From the IMG/VR virus record IMGVR_UViG_3300042208_000036, positions 1-46,716 of that record: a DNA stretch of 46,716 nucleotides; one strand, written 5' to 3'. This document shows, one piece after another, positions 35,381-44,395 of the stretch (positions are counted from its first letter, which is position 1; the number at the start of each line of letters is the position of its first letter). The notes beneath the pieces are model-generated. The model saw nothing but the letters and a program-made list of their open reading frames with translations, searched no databases and had not been told where the DNA came from. Source of the stretch: a virus (Duplodnaviria > Caudoviricetes). The position numbers and the translations under genes were made by a program.

Positions 35381-35811
35381 TGCATATCCTCTCGAAGTCC
35401 TTTGAACTGAATTATCTCATTTTCTGCAGTAATGTTAAAGTATCTTTTGTACATTTCATAGTTTTTATTTTTTTGTACAAAAATTGGTTTGTTTTTCATT
35501 TTGCTTAAGCAGTGAGAAAAAAAGAAAAAAGAACCCATTTTTCTCCTATGCTCACTATAAATATAATAATAGCTAAGACTAAAGTGTGTTTGAAATTCTA
35601 AAGCTAAACAAAATCCAGCAATCTCTCCATCACACTCAAGCTTTATTGCAATCCCTTTTTTTATATGCATTAAAACATTTTTAAGAAGTTTTCTATCCTT
35701 TAGCTCTTTTAAAAGAGCTTTATTTATCTTGTATGCATCTGCTTTGTTTATAGGCGTTATTTTATAGTCTAACATAGCAACTTCCATAAAAGTTTCCAAG
35801 TCCTGATGCAT
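35356..35811 (-). CDS. GNAT-like acyltransferase
   Basis: DGEIAGFCL...SYYYIYSEHRRK resembles GNAT motif A; true start probably MLDYKI. Confidence 0.5.
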   Translation of the reverse strand: MHQDLETFMEVAMLDYKITPINKADAYKINKALLKELKDRKLLKNVLMHIKKGIAIKLECDGEIAGFCLALEFQTHFSLSYYYIYSEHRRKMGSFFFFSHCLSKMKNKPIFVQKNKNYEMYKRYFNITAENEIIQFKGLREDMQWAELLKQ

Positions 35812-36646
35812 TTACTAATACTGACTTATTTTGATATTCATCCATTAATTTGCATATTTCAACTACTGCACTCACCCCTTGTGAGTGACCTATTTTGCTT
35901 TTATATTCTATTCTATCAATATTTCCAAATAGCTCATTTATCGCTTCATCTTCTGCAGTTGTATTTTGCTCTGTTCCAGAACCATGCATCTTAATCATAT
36001 CTATATTGTATATCTTAAATTGCTCCATGGCTTTTTTATATCCATCTTTTGTGACTTCAAATGGTGACCTATCATCGCTCCATACCCAGCTTACATCTCC
36101 AATATACGCTTTTGGCTCTTGACACTCCTTGGTTAACTGTATAATAAAAATACCGTCACTACATACTAAGTCTATATTTAGTTGTTTGAATAGCATAAGC
36201 TCTACTTCTTCTACCCATTCCTCTCCATAAATTAAAACATCATCAAAGCCTTGATTTAAAAGTTCTTTTGCTTCTTTTAGTGCATATAGACTACTTGCAC
36301 ATGCATTCGCATTTATTGAAAGATAAGATATATTTCCAATTCTTTTTGCTAACTTACTTGCAATATAACCTAACTGTGATTTAACTGGCATAGCTCCTTT
36401 TAAAACTTGTATGCAGTCTCTTGATGCTGAATGATGTTCACAAGCTCCAGCTATATAAAGTAGTGCTGTCTTGCCTGTTGTTTTAAAACTATCTATATCT
36501 TTTTTGTAAAGTTTATAAAAAACTTCATTCATATATGAGTTTCTATTTTCAAGTGTTTCGCTAATATATCTTGCTTTTTTATCTTTATTGAAAAAGTCAG
36601 CAGTTTTATAAAAATACTTTTTAACTTGCATTTTGTATTCTTTCAA
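35762..36646 (-). CDS. Beta-ketoacyl-ACP synthase (FabB/F-like), compact
   Basis: NACASS (Cys), MHGSGT..N...E (His), YKSKIGHSQG (Lys/His), NASGLGN. Confidence 0.85.
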   Translation of the reverse strand: MKEYKMQVKKYFYKTADFFNKDKKARYISETLENRNSYMNEVFYKLYKKDIDSFKTTGKTALLYIAGACEHHSASRDCIQVLKGAMPVKSQLGYIASKLAKRIGNISYLSINANACASSLYALKEAKELLNQGFDDVLIYGEEWVEEVELMLFKQLNIDLVCSDGIFIIQLTKECQEPKAYIGDVSWVWSDDRSPFEVTKDGYKKAMEQFKIYNIDMIKMHGSGTEQNTTAEDEAINELFGNIDRIEYKSKIGHSQGVSAVVEICKLMDEYQNKSVLVNASGLGNFYGSCYVRL

Positions 36647-36854
36647 TTAAATCTTTTAATTTGTATGTTTCATAGTCTATTTCATTTACATATTCAACTG
36701 AAAAACATTTATATTCTTCATTCAATTCAATCCATAAAATTGCATACCCAAAGCTATCAAGCTCACTATCAATTAATAGATCATTTACATCTTCTAGAGG
36801 CTTTGCATTTTCAGTAACTAATATTTCATTTACTTTATCTATTATATCTTGCAT
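36621..36854 (-). CDS. Acyl carrier protein
   Basis: 77 aa, acidic, ELDSFG phosphopantetheine motif. Confidence 0.75.
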   Translation of the reverse strand: MQDIIDKVNEILVTENAKPLEDVNDLLIDSELDSFGYAILWIELNEEYKCFSVEYVNEIDYETYKLKDLIERIQNAS

Positions 36855-36863
36855 TTTTCATCC

Positions 36864-37556
36864 CTAATTATTACATGCGATTGTAATACTTGGTATAACA
36901 TCACTCTCTATGGCTGGTTTATTAAGAGATACTTCACTTTGATAGCTTATCTTATCCGTTGGGATTCCATCAATTGTACTTTTTGAATCTGCCATTTGTT
37001 CTGCACTGATTGTAATGTCATCATCTGTTGCTATTGCTTGAAGTTGTTGCACTTTGAAGTCTGCTTTTTTCATAAATGCATTTTGATGATTTGCTTTGAT
37101 TGCTATGTGTCTTCTTGCTTCTTCGAATTTAGCCTGTTGCTGTGTAACTTCTAAACTTGCCATTTTTACTGCAGTTGATGACCTTAAATCTCTATGTCTA
37201 TATTTTTCAGATACTATTTGTTCTGCAAGAAGCATTGTTTTTCCTTTTTCTACGCATTCTTGCTGTGTAACTAAATCTGTCTGTTTTTCTTTTAGTGTTG
37301 TTTCTTTTACTATGTTCGCTTCTCTAGCTATTATTTCTGGTATCTCTTTTGCCATTTGCATAATTTCATTAATAACACCTACACTTACTTGAGCTTCATA
37401 GGTTGCTATCATCTTTGCTTTTTCATCATCTGCAACTTCGTACTCTTGGATGTTTTCTTTAAATGTTTCTCTTGCTTTTTTAATAAATACATTTTCATCA
37501 AGAGCTGCTGATATTAAATTGATGTTATCTATAATATTTTGTGTAGTTACTGCCAT
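36864..37556 (-). CDS. Putative virion structural protein
   Basis: Coiled coil, within the head-tail operon. Confidence 0.6.
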   Translation of the reverse strand: MAVTTQNIIDNINLISAALDENVFIKKARETFKENIQEYEVADDEKAKMIATYEAQVSVGVINEIMQMAKEIPEIIAREANIVKETTLKEKQTDLVTQQECVEKGKTMLLAEQIVSEKYRHRDLRSSTAVKMASLEVTQQQAKFEEARRHIAIKANHQNAFMKKADFKVQQLQAIATDDDITISAEQMADSKSTIDGIPTDKISYQSEVSLNKPAIESDVIPSITIACNN

Positions 37557-37557
37557 G

Positions 37558-38178
37558 TTATATCCTTACGAAAGGACTTCTTAGTCCTTTTGAGTGTCTA
37601 TTTTTATAATAAAGTTCACGTAAACTCAAAATCTCTTTATCATAAAGGTTTAAGTAGTGCGTTGATTTCCCTGTATTCTTATCACTTGTATAAATTTGAT
37701 AAGCTAGATGCATAGAATAAAAAAGTAATGCATTTTTAGCCATAAGTGAAATGGGAATATTGTCTGTTTTTAAAAGTACTTGCTCTACAAAGTTGTAGTT
37801 AACTTCTACTTTCATTCCTGCTTTTAATAGTTCTTGTGGGTACAAGAAAAAACTTTGCTCGTCCATACACACATAGTAATTATCATCATCTATTGTGTTT
37901 TTGTTTTGGCTCATCCAATCAAAGCTTTTTATTGTAACCGGTTCTTTGTCTATATTTACCGATATTACTCTCATACAGTTATGTGGAAGTTTGTATCTAT
38001 TTTCATTTTCTTTTATTGTATATACTTCTTGATGTGAAAATAATAATAACTCTCTTGAAAGGTTTGCAAGTGAAGAATTAATCATATCTATTAACTCTTC
38101 ATCACTCCATCTATATTTTTTTGGTTCAGTATCATTTAATCTACTTCTGATTGCTAATAAGATGTCGTTTACTTGCAT
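37558..38178 (-). CDS. Head-tail adaptor / tail tubular A-like protein
   Basis: IRSRLND...RWSDEELIDMIN...YKLP pattern. Confidence 0.7.
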   Translation of the reverse strand: MQVNDILLAIRSRLNDTEPKKYRWSDEELIDMINSSLANLSRELLLFSHQEVYTIKENENRYKLPHNCMRVISVNIDKEPVTIKSFDWMSQNKNTIDDDNYYVCMDEQSFFLYPQELLKAGMKVEVNYNFVEQVLLKTDNIPISLMAKNALLFYSMHLAYQIYTSDKNTGKSTHYLNLYDKEILSLRELYYKNRHSKGLRSPFVRI

Positions 38179-38186
38179 AATTTTCC

Positions 38187-38771
38187 TTAATTTTCTTTAC
38201 TTGGTAAATGTGGAAGCAATGTAGCTTTTAATGTATCAATTGTTTTTCTACCAATTTTGATACCAGCTTTAATACAAGCTTCTTTTATTTCTTCTTCTGT
38301 TAAAGTCTCTAAATCTTCTTTGAATGGAAGAATTGAACCAGCAGTTTCTTCTGAAGTATTTTCAGTTTCATTTTTTTCTGCTAATGATTCTGCTAAATCA
38401 TCTTTCATATTCTCAATACTTTCTCTTCTATCAAGTTCTACACCATGTTCTCTACCTAGTGCTTCTAACTCATTTTTGTCAGTAATCATTTCAATTTTTT
38501 CTGTAACTAAGTTTTCATCTGTATTTGTAGTGTTTTGTTCCAACTCTTCATCATTTTCTTCATTTTCGCTAACGAAAAGAGTTTCAATATTAACTCTCTC
38601 GAAATGCGGTTGTCTCAATAGAAGAGTTGATTCAATTTCATTTACAATTACAATGTCCCCAGTTGATAAGATAGGAAGCTTTCTAGCTCCTACCTCAAAA
38701 AGTTTTTTTTGAAAGTTACCGATGAATCTAATAGCAGCTAACTTTGGTGTATGTATAGTTGTTTTTTTCAT
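38187..38771 (-). CDS. Hypothetical head-associated protein
   Basis: Follows the capsid gene; ELEALGREHGVELDRR HeH-like motif. Confidence 0.65.
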   Translation of the reverse strand: MKKTTIHTPKLAAIRFIGNFQKKLFEVGARKLPILSTGDIVIVNEIESTLLLRQPHFERVNIETLFVSENEENDEELEQNTTNTDENLVTEKIEMITDKNELEALGREHGVELDRRESIENMKDDLAESLAEKNETENTSEETAGSILPFKEDLETLTEEEIKEACIKAGIKIGRKTIDTLKATLLPHLPSKEN

Positions 38772-38783
38772 CGTAACTCCCTA

Positions 38784-39938
38784 TTAAGAAACTGCATTTA
38801 CAATTGCAATCATTCCGAAATCTTTTCCATGATACACTGAAGATTGTTCTGCTGCAGTTTTACCTTTGAATTTAGTTTTATCGAAACCAGTTCCTCTATC
38901 AACTCCAATAAGAAGTTTTCTTCCACCCTCTTTAGGGTCTTCATAATAATCAAATCCTTCATCAAATGGTTTAAGTCCAGCAGTTGCACCTAAGAAAAGA
39001 TTGATTTCTGTTTTTTGACCAGCTGCACCTGCATAGCTATCAAATCCTGTAGCATATACAGTTTCAACACCATCAACTGTTGTTTTGTACTCTACTAAGT
39101 CAGAAGTGATAATTCCTGATTTTCTTGCACTCCAGTTGCTTCTTTCAAATACAACAACACCTTTATAAACACCGAATGCCCCAGTAAAAATTGGATTATC
39201 ATCTCCTCTAGCAGCTGCAAATTTTTGAGCTTCAATCCATAGTGGGTCTTCCCCAAGTTGTTCTGCTGCATTTTGTCCGATTACTAATAAGTGATACTCT
39301 ACATAATCAACAATTCCCTCTTTGTTTACTGTTTTAATTACAAATGGTTCTACGATTGGATGTGGGTTTCCAGCACCGTCAACTCCATTTTTAGCTCTTT
39401 TTTTAGCTTCAACAATTGCTGCAGTTGAGAATCTATCTCCAGCTGTAATCGATGCTGTTGAGTTTTCAGCATATACTCCATCTGCTGCACTACAAGCTAC
39501 GATATTTGTTGCATTTGCTGTTAATTTTGCAGTGATAATTCTATCTTCTCTTGTTCCTAACCATTTTGGTAAATCTTTATGTGCTTTACTTCTAAAGTTT
39601 TCAGTTGCCATTTTGCTCTCAAGCTTTTTAGCTTTTGATTTTAACGATTGACCGAAGATTCCATAATCAACATCTTGGTATAAAGTACTTTGACTTCCGA
39701 TATTATCTTCAAAGTCTTGATTTCCTGTAATACCTTCTCCCTCAATGTGGTCCCTAAAATAAACCCTAACTGTTCCACCTTCTTCATTTGGTGATTCTGT
39801 TCTAAGGTCAGTCATAATAACTGCACCCTCATCGTTGTTCATGAATTTATTCCACCAGTTAAGCTCTACTGTTTTTGCTGTTACTGTTCTTCCATATTTT
39901 TGTAATACCTGCGGATCTGTTTCTGCCCAAGTTGCCAT
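38784..39938 (-). CDS. Major capsid protein (N4 gp56/DUF4043-like)
   Basis: GITGNQDFEDN, NPIFTGAFGVYKGVVV, GKDFGMIAI. Confidence 0.85.
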   Translation of the reverse strand: MATWAETDPQVLQKYGRTVTAKTVELNWWNKFMNNDEGAVIMTDLRTESPNEEGGTVRVYFRDHIEGEGITGNQDFEDNIGSQSTLYQDVDYGIFGQSLKSKAKKLESKMATENFRSKAHKDLPKWLGTREDRIITAKLTANATNIVACSAADGVYAENSTASITAGDRFSTAAIVEAKKRAKNGVDGAGNPHPIVEPFVIKTVNKEGIVDYVEYHLLVIGQNAAEQLGEDPLWIEAQKFAAARGDDNPIFTGAFGVYKGVVVFERSNWSARKSGIITSDLVEYKTTVDGVETVYATGFDSYAGAAGQKTEINLFLGATAGLKPFDEGFDYYEDPKEGGRKLLIGVDRGTGFDKTKFKGKTAAEQSSVYHGKDFGMIAIVNAVS

Positions 39939-39966
39939 ATTTTTTCCTTTGTTTTAAATTTAATTT

Positions 39967-40164
39967 TTAGTCTCTACCGATACCAATACTTTTTAAGTAA
40001 TCAGTATCAAGAACTTTTTCCATTGCTTCTTTTTGCTTTTTAGCAAAATCTTGCACCTTTTTAAGTCTCTTCTCATCACTAGTTATTTCACTAGCTCTCA
40101 TTAGAGTCTCAAAATCCCTTTCTATCTCCCATCTTTGTTCTTGGGTGTCAGTTTCATAAATCAT
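39967..40164 (-). CDS. Small protein sharing its C-terminal motif with the scaffold
   Basis: WEIERDFETLMRA...YLKSIGIGRD. Confidence 0.7.
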   Translation of the reverse strand: MIYETDTQEQRWEIERDFETLMRASEITSDEKRLKKVQDFAKKQKEAMEKVLDTDYLKSIGIGRD

Positions 40165-40168
40165 TTAC

Positions 40169-40870
40169 TTACCTCCCAATCCCAATAGATTTAAGATATT
40201 TTTGTCTCTCTTCATCGCTACTGTATGAGTTGTCCCCAGTTGCACCGTTTACTCCACTTAGGTCTGGCGGTAAATTGTCATCTTCTTCGCTATTGTCTGG
40301 ATTTAATTTTTTATACTCTTCATGTGCCAGTTTTAAAAATTCGTATTTTGTTTTTGCAGTGTCTCTGAATTCTTTTTTCTTTCTTGGACTTAAGTCTTCT
40401 TGGATAAATTCAGCCAATGCTTCCATGTCAACATCTGGGTTCTCTTGTGAAAATTTATTTGACTCTGTTAAAATTTCAAATTCTCCACGTCTACCTTTTA
40501 ATTGCTCTTCGAATTTTCCAATTTCTTGTTTTTTAAGAGTCAGCTTTTCATCTCTATACTTTTCAAATCTATCTCTTAACATTTTGTTCTTTGCTGCAAT
40601 ATTTGAATCACTTGCTAATAATTCAAGTTCATCATCGTTGAATAGTGAGCTAGGGTTTTTTTCAAGTTGAATTTCAAACTCATCTGCTATTTTATCTGCT
40701 ACATTATTGTACTCTTCCTGTAAAATAGAAAGTCTTGCTTCATCTTTTCTGATACCCTCTTCAATAGCATTTACATCCATTTCTTGTGTATTTTCTTGGG
40801 TGCTAGTATCTGCTGTTGAATTTTCAGTTTGGGTTGCTTCTTGTGTTTGCATATTTACTTCATCTGCCAT
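40169..40870 (-). CDS. Capsid scaffolding protein
   Basis: Acidic coiled coil upstream of the MCP; LPPDL near the C-terminus. Confidence 0.7.
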   Translation of the reverse strand: MADEVNMQTQEATQTENSTADTSTQENTQEMDVNAIEEGIRKDEARLSILQEEYNNVADKIADEFEIQLEKNPSSLFNDDELELLASDSNIAAKNKMLRDRFEKYRDEKLTLKKQEIGKFEEQLKGRRGEFEILTESNKFSQENPDVDMEALAEFIQEDLSPRKKKEFRDTAKTKYEFLKLAHEEYKKLNPDNSEEDDNLPPDLSGVNGATGDNSYSSDEERQKYLKSIGIGR

Positions 40871-40903
40871 TCTAAGTCCTTTTAAAATTCTTGAGTTTGT
40901 AAA

Positions 40904-40944
40904 ATTGTAAAGAGTTTTTCAATTTTAAACTAGGTGGGTATTTT
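40904..40944 (-). promoter_or_regulatory. Putative late promoter, copy 3
   Basis: AAAATACCCACCTAGTTT-17nt-TACAAT. Confidence 0.7.
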
Positions 40945-40947
40945 GTT

Positions 40948-41400
40948 TTAAATAAATTGAATTAGTTTTTTTAACTCTATTTCATGACCATATTTTGAGT
41001 TATACCTTGCGAATAATAACTCTATATACTTACTTGCACTAGGTGTTGATTTGGAAGAATATTCTTTAATATCTTCTATTATTTGTGGATGAAGTGTCAT
41101 AACTGGTGTTCTTGTTTTTTTGTAAACTTGGTTATAATCTCTTTTTGAGGCTATAATCAAATTTGGATTTTCTAAAATAAAAAAGTTTTGAACAACTGAC
41201 TCAAAATATTTAGATTTGCTAACTCCATTTTTTTTAGCTCCCTCTTTAAGTCTTTTTATAAATCCTGTAGTAAAACTCCAGTCTGGGCATCTCACTCTTC
41301 TCTCTTCGTTGTCATCGTATATTGATGTTCTCTTTCCATAGTGCTTTGATATTTTTCGAGGAAAGTTTGTTTCACAACCGCTATTCGCTACTTTTGTCAT
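40948..41400 (-). CDS. Tandem ribbon-helix-helix-like DNA-binding protein
   Basis: Two RHH-like units (RLKEGAKKNGVSKSKYFE; DIKEYSSKSTPSASKYIE). Confidence 0.55.
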   Translation of the reverse strand: MTKVANSGCETNFPRKISKHYGKRTSIYDDNEERRVRCPDWSFTTGFIKRLKEGAKKNGVSKSKYFESVVQNFFILENPNLIIASKRDYNQVYKKTRTPVMTLHPQIIEDIKEYSSKSTPSASKYIELLFARYNSKYGHEIELKKLIQFI

Positions 41401-41401
41401 G

Positions 41402-41968
41402 CTACTGCTCCAGTAATTGGTCTAACTCTTCATTGCTCATAGATTCAAGCTCTTCATCTGTATAAATTTTTTGTTTAACTTTTGGATTGATATGTTTGAT
41501 TTCCCCATATAAAGTTTTTACTGTTGTAGTTAGCATATTATGGTATGTTGCATTTGTTCCAATATTTTTTGAGTTATCAGCAAATCTTTTTGCTCTTAGT
41601 AAATTTTCTCCCATGAGTGCTTGTAAGTTTTTTGCACTTAATACTTCATAACATAACTCTTTTGCCACTACTTTCCCGTATTCTTCGAGGTCTAAGTCGC
41701 TATATTGTGATTGCCCTTGGTTTAAAAGCTTTCCTTTAATTATCTCTTTTGCATCTTCCATTGGGAGTGTATCTTCTACTAATACTGTTATAGCTTCTTT
41801 TTCGTCAACGAAACGATTTTTTTGCCATTGCTCTTTGCTTACCCAGCTCTCCACTGTCTTTGGTGATACTTCACAATCTGGGAACCTATCTAGTACTTTT
41901 GCAACACTTAGATTGTTTGCTTCATATACTGCTCTTATCTCTAGTTTCAATGTTGGGTCTACTGCCAT
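41402..41968 (-). CDS. Putative terminase small subunit
   Basis: N-terminal HTH (VSPKTVESWVSKEQW), C-terminal LESMSNEELDQL; GGAG RBS before MAVDPT. Confidence 0.55.
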   Translation of the reverse strand: MAVDPTLKLEIRAVYEANNLSVAKVLDRFPDCEVSPKTVESWVSKEQWQKNRFVDEKEAITVLVEDTLPMEDAKEIIKGKLLNQGQSQYSDLDLEEYGKVVAKELCYEVLSAKNLQALMGENLLRAKRFADNSKNIGTNATYHNMLTTTVKTLYGEIKHINPKVKQKIYTDEELESMSNEELDQLLEQ

Positions 41969-41969
41969 T

Positions 41970-43607
41970 TTAAACTCCTCTCCATTTACCTGATTTTTTT
42001 GGTTTATATCTTTTTGCCACTTTTTTAACCTCTTTGGTAATTGTTTTTTTAGGTGTTGCAACAAGCCATCCAGAAGATACTGCATCTATGCAGTTGTCCG
42101 TTTGTTGTTTTTTGGCTGGATCAAATCGTAATAATTCTTTTGTGTACTGTTTTACAAAGTCTATATCGCACCCTTTGTAGATTTTTATTTGATGTTGCTC
42201 ATGGGGGGCAGTCATATAATCTTTTATTTTTGCCTGTTTACTTATCTCACGTGGAGGTTTAAAGCCATTGATTCCATTTTTAATAGGAGGTTTTCCTTTT
42301 GCTCTTCTTTTTGTATTTTCAATTAGTAACTCTTTTTTTAAAACTACAATTAGAGTAATTCCTCCTCCAGCTTCTTCAATCCATACAGGTGCTTCAGGGA
42401 ATTTAATCATCATTTCTATAAGTTGTCTCGCTGTTCCGTAAACATCCCACTTCCCCCTTTTACCATCCATAATCACGCACATCTCTATATTTTCTTCATT
42501 AACGCTCCATCCCTCACAAGCAATGGCTCTATCATCTGCTCCATCTTTTGTTGATTCAGCATTGTCAACAAGTATGTAAAAATTTTGTTCAGGCAAGTCA
42601 ATATCTGCTATGTATGTAATATCTTCTTTTTTAAAGTGTCCTGTTTCGGCAACAGTTACATTTTGGTTGTATTGTTTTTCAAACTCTTTTTTAGATACTC
42701 CTCTTTTGAGAAGTTCTATTTCTTCGGGTGTTTTATAGTTTCTATTTGGTAAAATCTCTCCAGCTGGTCTGAAATACTTAAAATCTTCATACTCATACGT
42801 GATGTCATCTTCTGTAATAAGCGGAAGAGTAATAAGTGTCCATATTCCGTCCTCTGTATCTAAGTTTCCACCAATATGTTTTTTTACACCCTGTTCTTTT
42901 ATAAATCTTCCTGTTGCATCATCTTCTGCTAGTCTTTGCATGATGTTTATGACTGAACCACCATTTTCAAGTCTTGTAAAAACAGAGTTTTTTATAAACT
43001 TCCATGCATTGTCTTTTTCTGCTTTACTGTCTGCATCATTTGCTTTTAAACTATCATCGATTACTGTGATATGTGAACCCTTACCAGTTGCTGCACCACC
43101 TATTGAAGTTCCAAAGTATTCACTCCCGTCTTTTAACTTCCAATTCGCTTTTTTGTTTTGGTCTTCACTAAATTTTTTATTTGGAAATATATCTTTATAA
43201 TATTCACTTTTCATGATGGTTTTAATATCAACACTTGTATCTTCTGTCAGTTCTGCACCATAAGTGAAGTATTGATTTTTTACAAAGTCCATAATTCCTT
43301 GAACATACGATATAAACTGTCTTACGGTAAGTTCTGTTTTGGCGAACCTAGGAGCTAGTTCTATAATTACTCTTTTTTCTTTTCCAACTATCACATTCCA
43401 TAAAACTCTTATAATAAGCTCGTGGTACCAATACTCTTCAAAAGCTCTTCCATAAACATTTTCAAAAACACCATGGATATAAAGTCTAAAACCTTCCCAT
43501 CCACCTTTTCTAATTTTTGCACGAACTACACGTTCCTCAAGGTCTCTTTTCTCTTTGAGTTTGGCTGCTTTAATTTTTTGCTGTTCTAGTATTTCGTTTT
43601 TGTCCAT
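41970..43607 (-). CDS. terL: Terminase large subunit
   Basis: APRFAKT Walker A, TGKGSHITVIDD Walker B, MQR coupling motif, nuclease IEE and DNCID. Confidence 0.92.
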   Translation of the reverse strand: MDKNEILEQQKIKAAKLKEKRDLEERVVRAKIRKGGWEGFRLYIHGVFENVYGRAFEEYWYHELIIRVLWNVIVGKEKRVIIELAPRFAKTELTVRQFISYVQGIMDFVKNQYFTYGAELTEDTSVDIKTIMKSEYYKDIFPNKKFSEDQNKKANWKLKDGSEYFGTSIGGAATGKGSHITVIDDSLKANDADSKAEKDNAWKFIKNSVFTRLENGGSVINIMQRLAEDDATGRFIKEQGVKKHIGGNLDTEDGIWTLITLPLITEDDITYEYEDFKYFRPAGEILPNRNYKTPEEIELLKRGVSKKEFEKQYNQNVTVAETGHFKKEDITYIADIDLPEQNFYILVDNAESTKDGADDRAIACEGWSVNEENIEMCVIMDGKRGKWDVYGTARQLIEMMIKFPEAPVWIEEAGGGITLIVVLKKELLIENTKRRAKGKPPIKNGINGFKPPREISKQAKIKDYMTAPHEQHQIKIYKGCDIDFVKQYTKELLRFDPAKKQQTDNCIDAVSSGWLVATPKKTITKEVKKVAKRYKPKKSGKWRGV

Positions 43608-43667
43608 CTTCTATCCCAGTGAAAAGGTTTATCCCAAGTCTTAAATTTAAAAAACTTTTCAAGAATC

Positions 43668-44144
43668 TTAAAAAGGAATTCCATCACTTCCATCTTCCAT
43701 CAAAGAACCTTGCATTTGTGGGACTTGATTGTTGTATGTTTGATTTGCACCTTGATTTGGTTGATGCTGTCCTTGGTTATATTGCTGTTGACCAGTTGAT
43801 GCTGTATTGTTGTCTGATGGTCTTCCATCAAGCATTTTCATGGTCTCTACTCTTAAAGTATGTTTGCTTCTATTCTGTCCTGTGCTATCGGTCCATTGTT
43901 CTAAAACAAGTCTTCCCTCAAGCATTACCGTTGAACCTTTTCTTAAATACTGATTTGCAGTTTCTGCCATTTTCCCCATTATGTTAAACTCTAAAAAGCA
44001 TACCTCTTCTTTTATTTCTCCAGAAGCAGCTTTGTATTTATGCGATGTTGCTATGCTACTTTTTGCTATTGCTAATGCATTTGGTGTATATCTTAGCTCT
44101 ATATCTCTTGTAAGATTACCTATTGTTATTACTCTATTAAACAT
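43668..44144 (-). CDS. ssb: Single-stranded DNA-binding protein
   Basis: NRVITIGNLTRDIELRY...DGIPF. Confidence 0.97.
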   Translation of the reverse strand: MFNRVITIGNLTRDIELRYTPNALAIAKSSIATSHKYKAASGEIKEEVCFLEFNIMGKMAETANQYLRKGSTVMLEGRLVLEQWTDSTGQNRSKHTLRVETMKMLDGRPSDNNTASTGQQQYNQGQHQPNQGANQTYNNQVPQMQGSLMEDGSDGIPF

Positions 44145-44194
44145 CTTCTCTCCTTTGTTCTCTTGCTTTTCTTTTTTTTCTTAGTTTCTTTTTT

Positions 44195-44395
44195 TCACTT
44201 GCTTTCATTTATCTCTCTCCTTAATAATTTTAATCCTATGCCACATCCTTCCACTTTTATATCTGGTCTCTGTTTATGGACTTGTTCTCTGTAAACTCTC
44301 AACATACTTGGATTGCACATCATTAAAAACTCTTTTAGTTCTTTTGGTGTCTTAAATTCAATATCATCTCCCCCTTGCCAGTGCTTTAAAATCAT
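44195..44395 (-). CDS. Hypothetical protein
   Basis: Overlaps the helicase stop. Confidence 0.6.
   Translation of the reverse strand: MILKHWQGGDDIEFKTPKELKEFLMMCNPSMLRVYREQVHKQRPDIKVEGCGIGLKLLRREINESK

Noticed and set aside
35356-36854. Complete PKS/fatty-acid biosynthetic cluster
   Set aside because: No reductase, dehydratase, malonyl transferase or PPTase; too minimal and embedded among virion genes.
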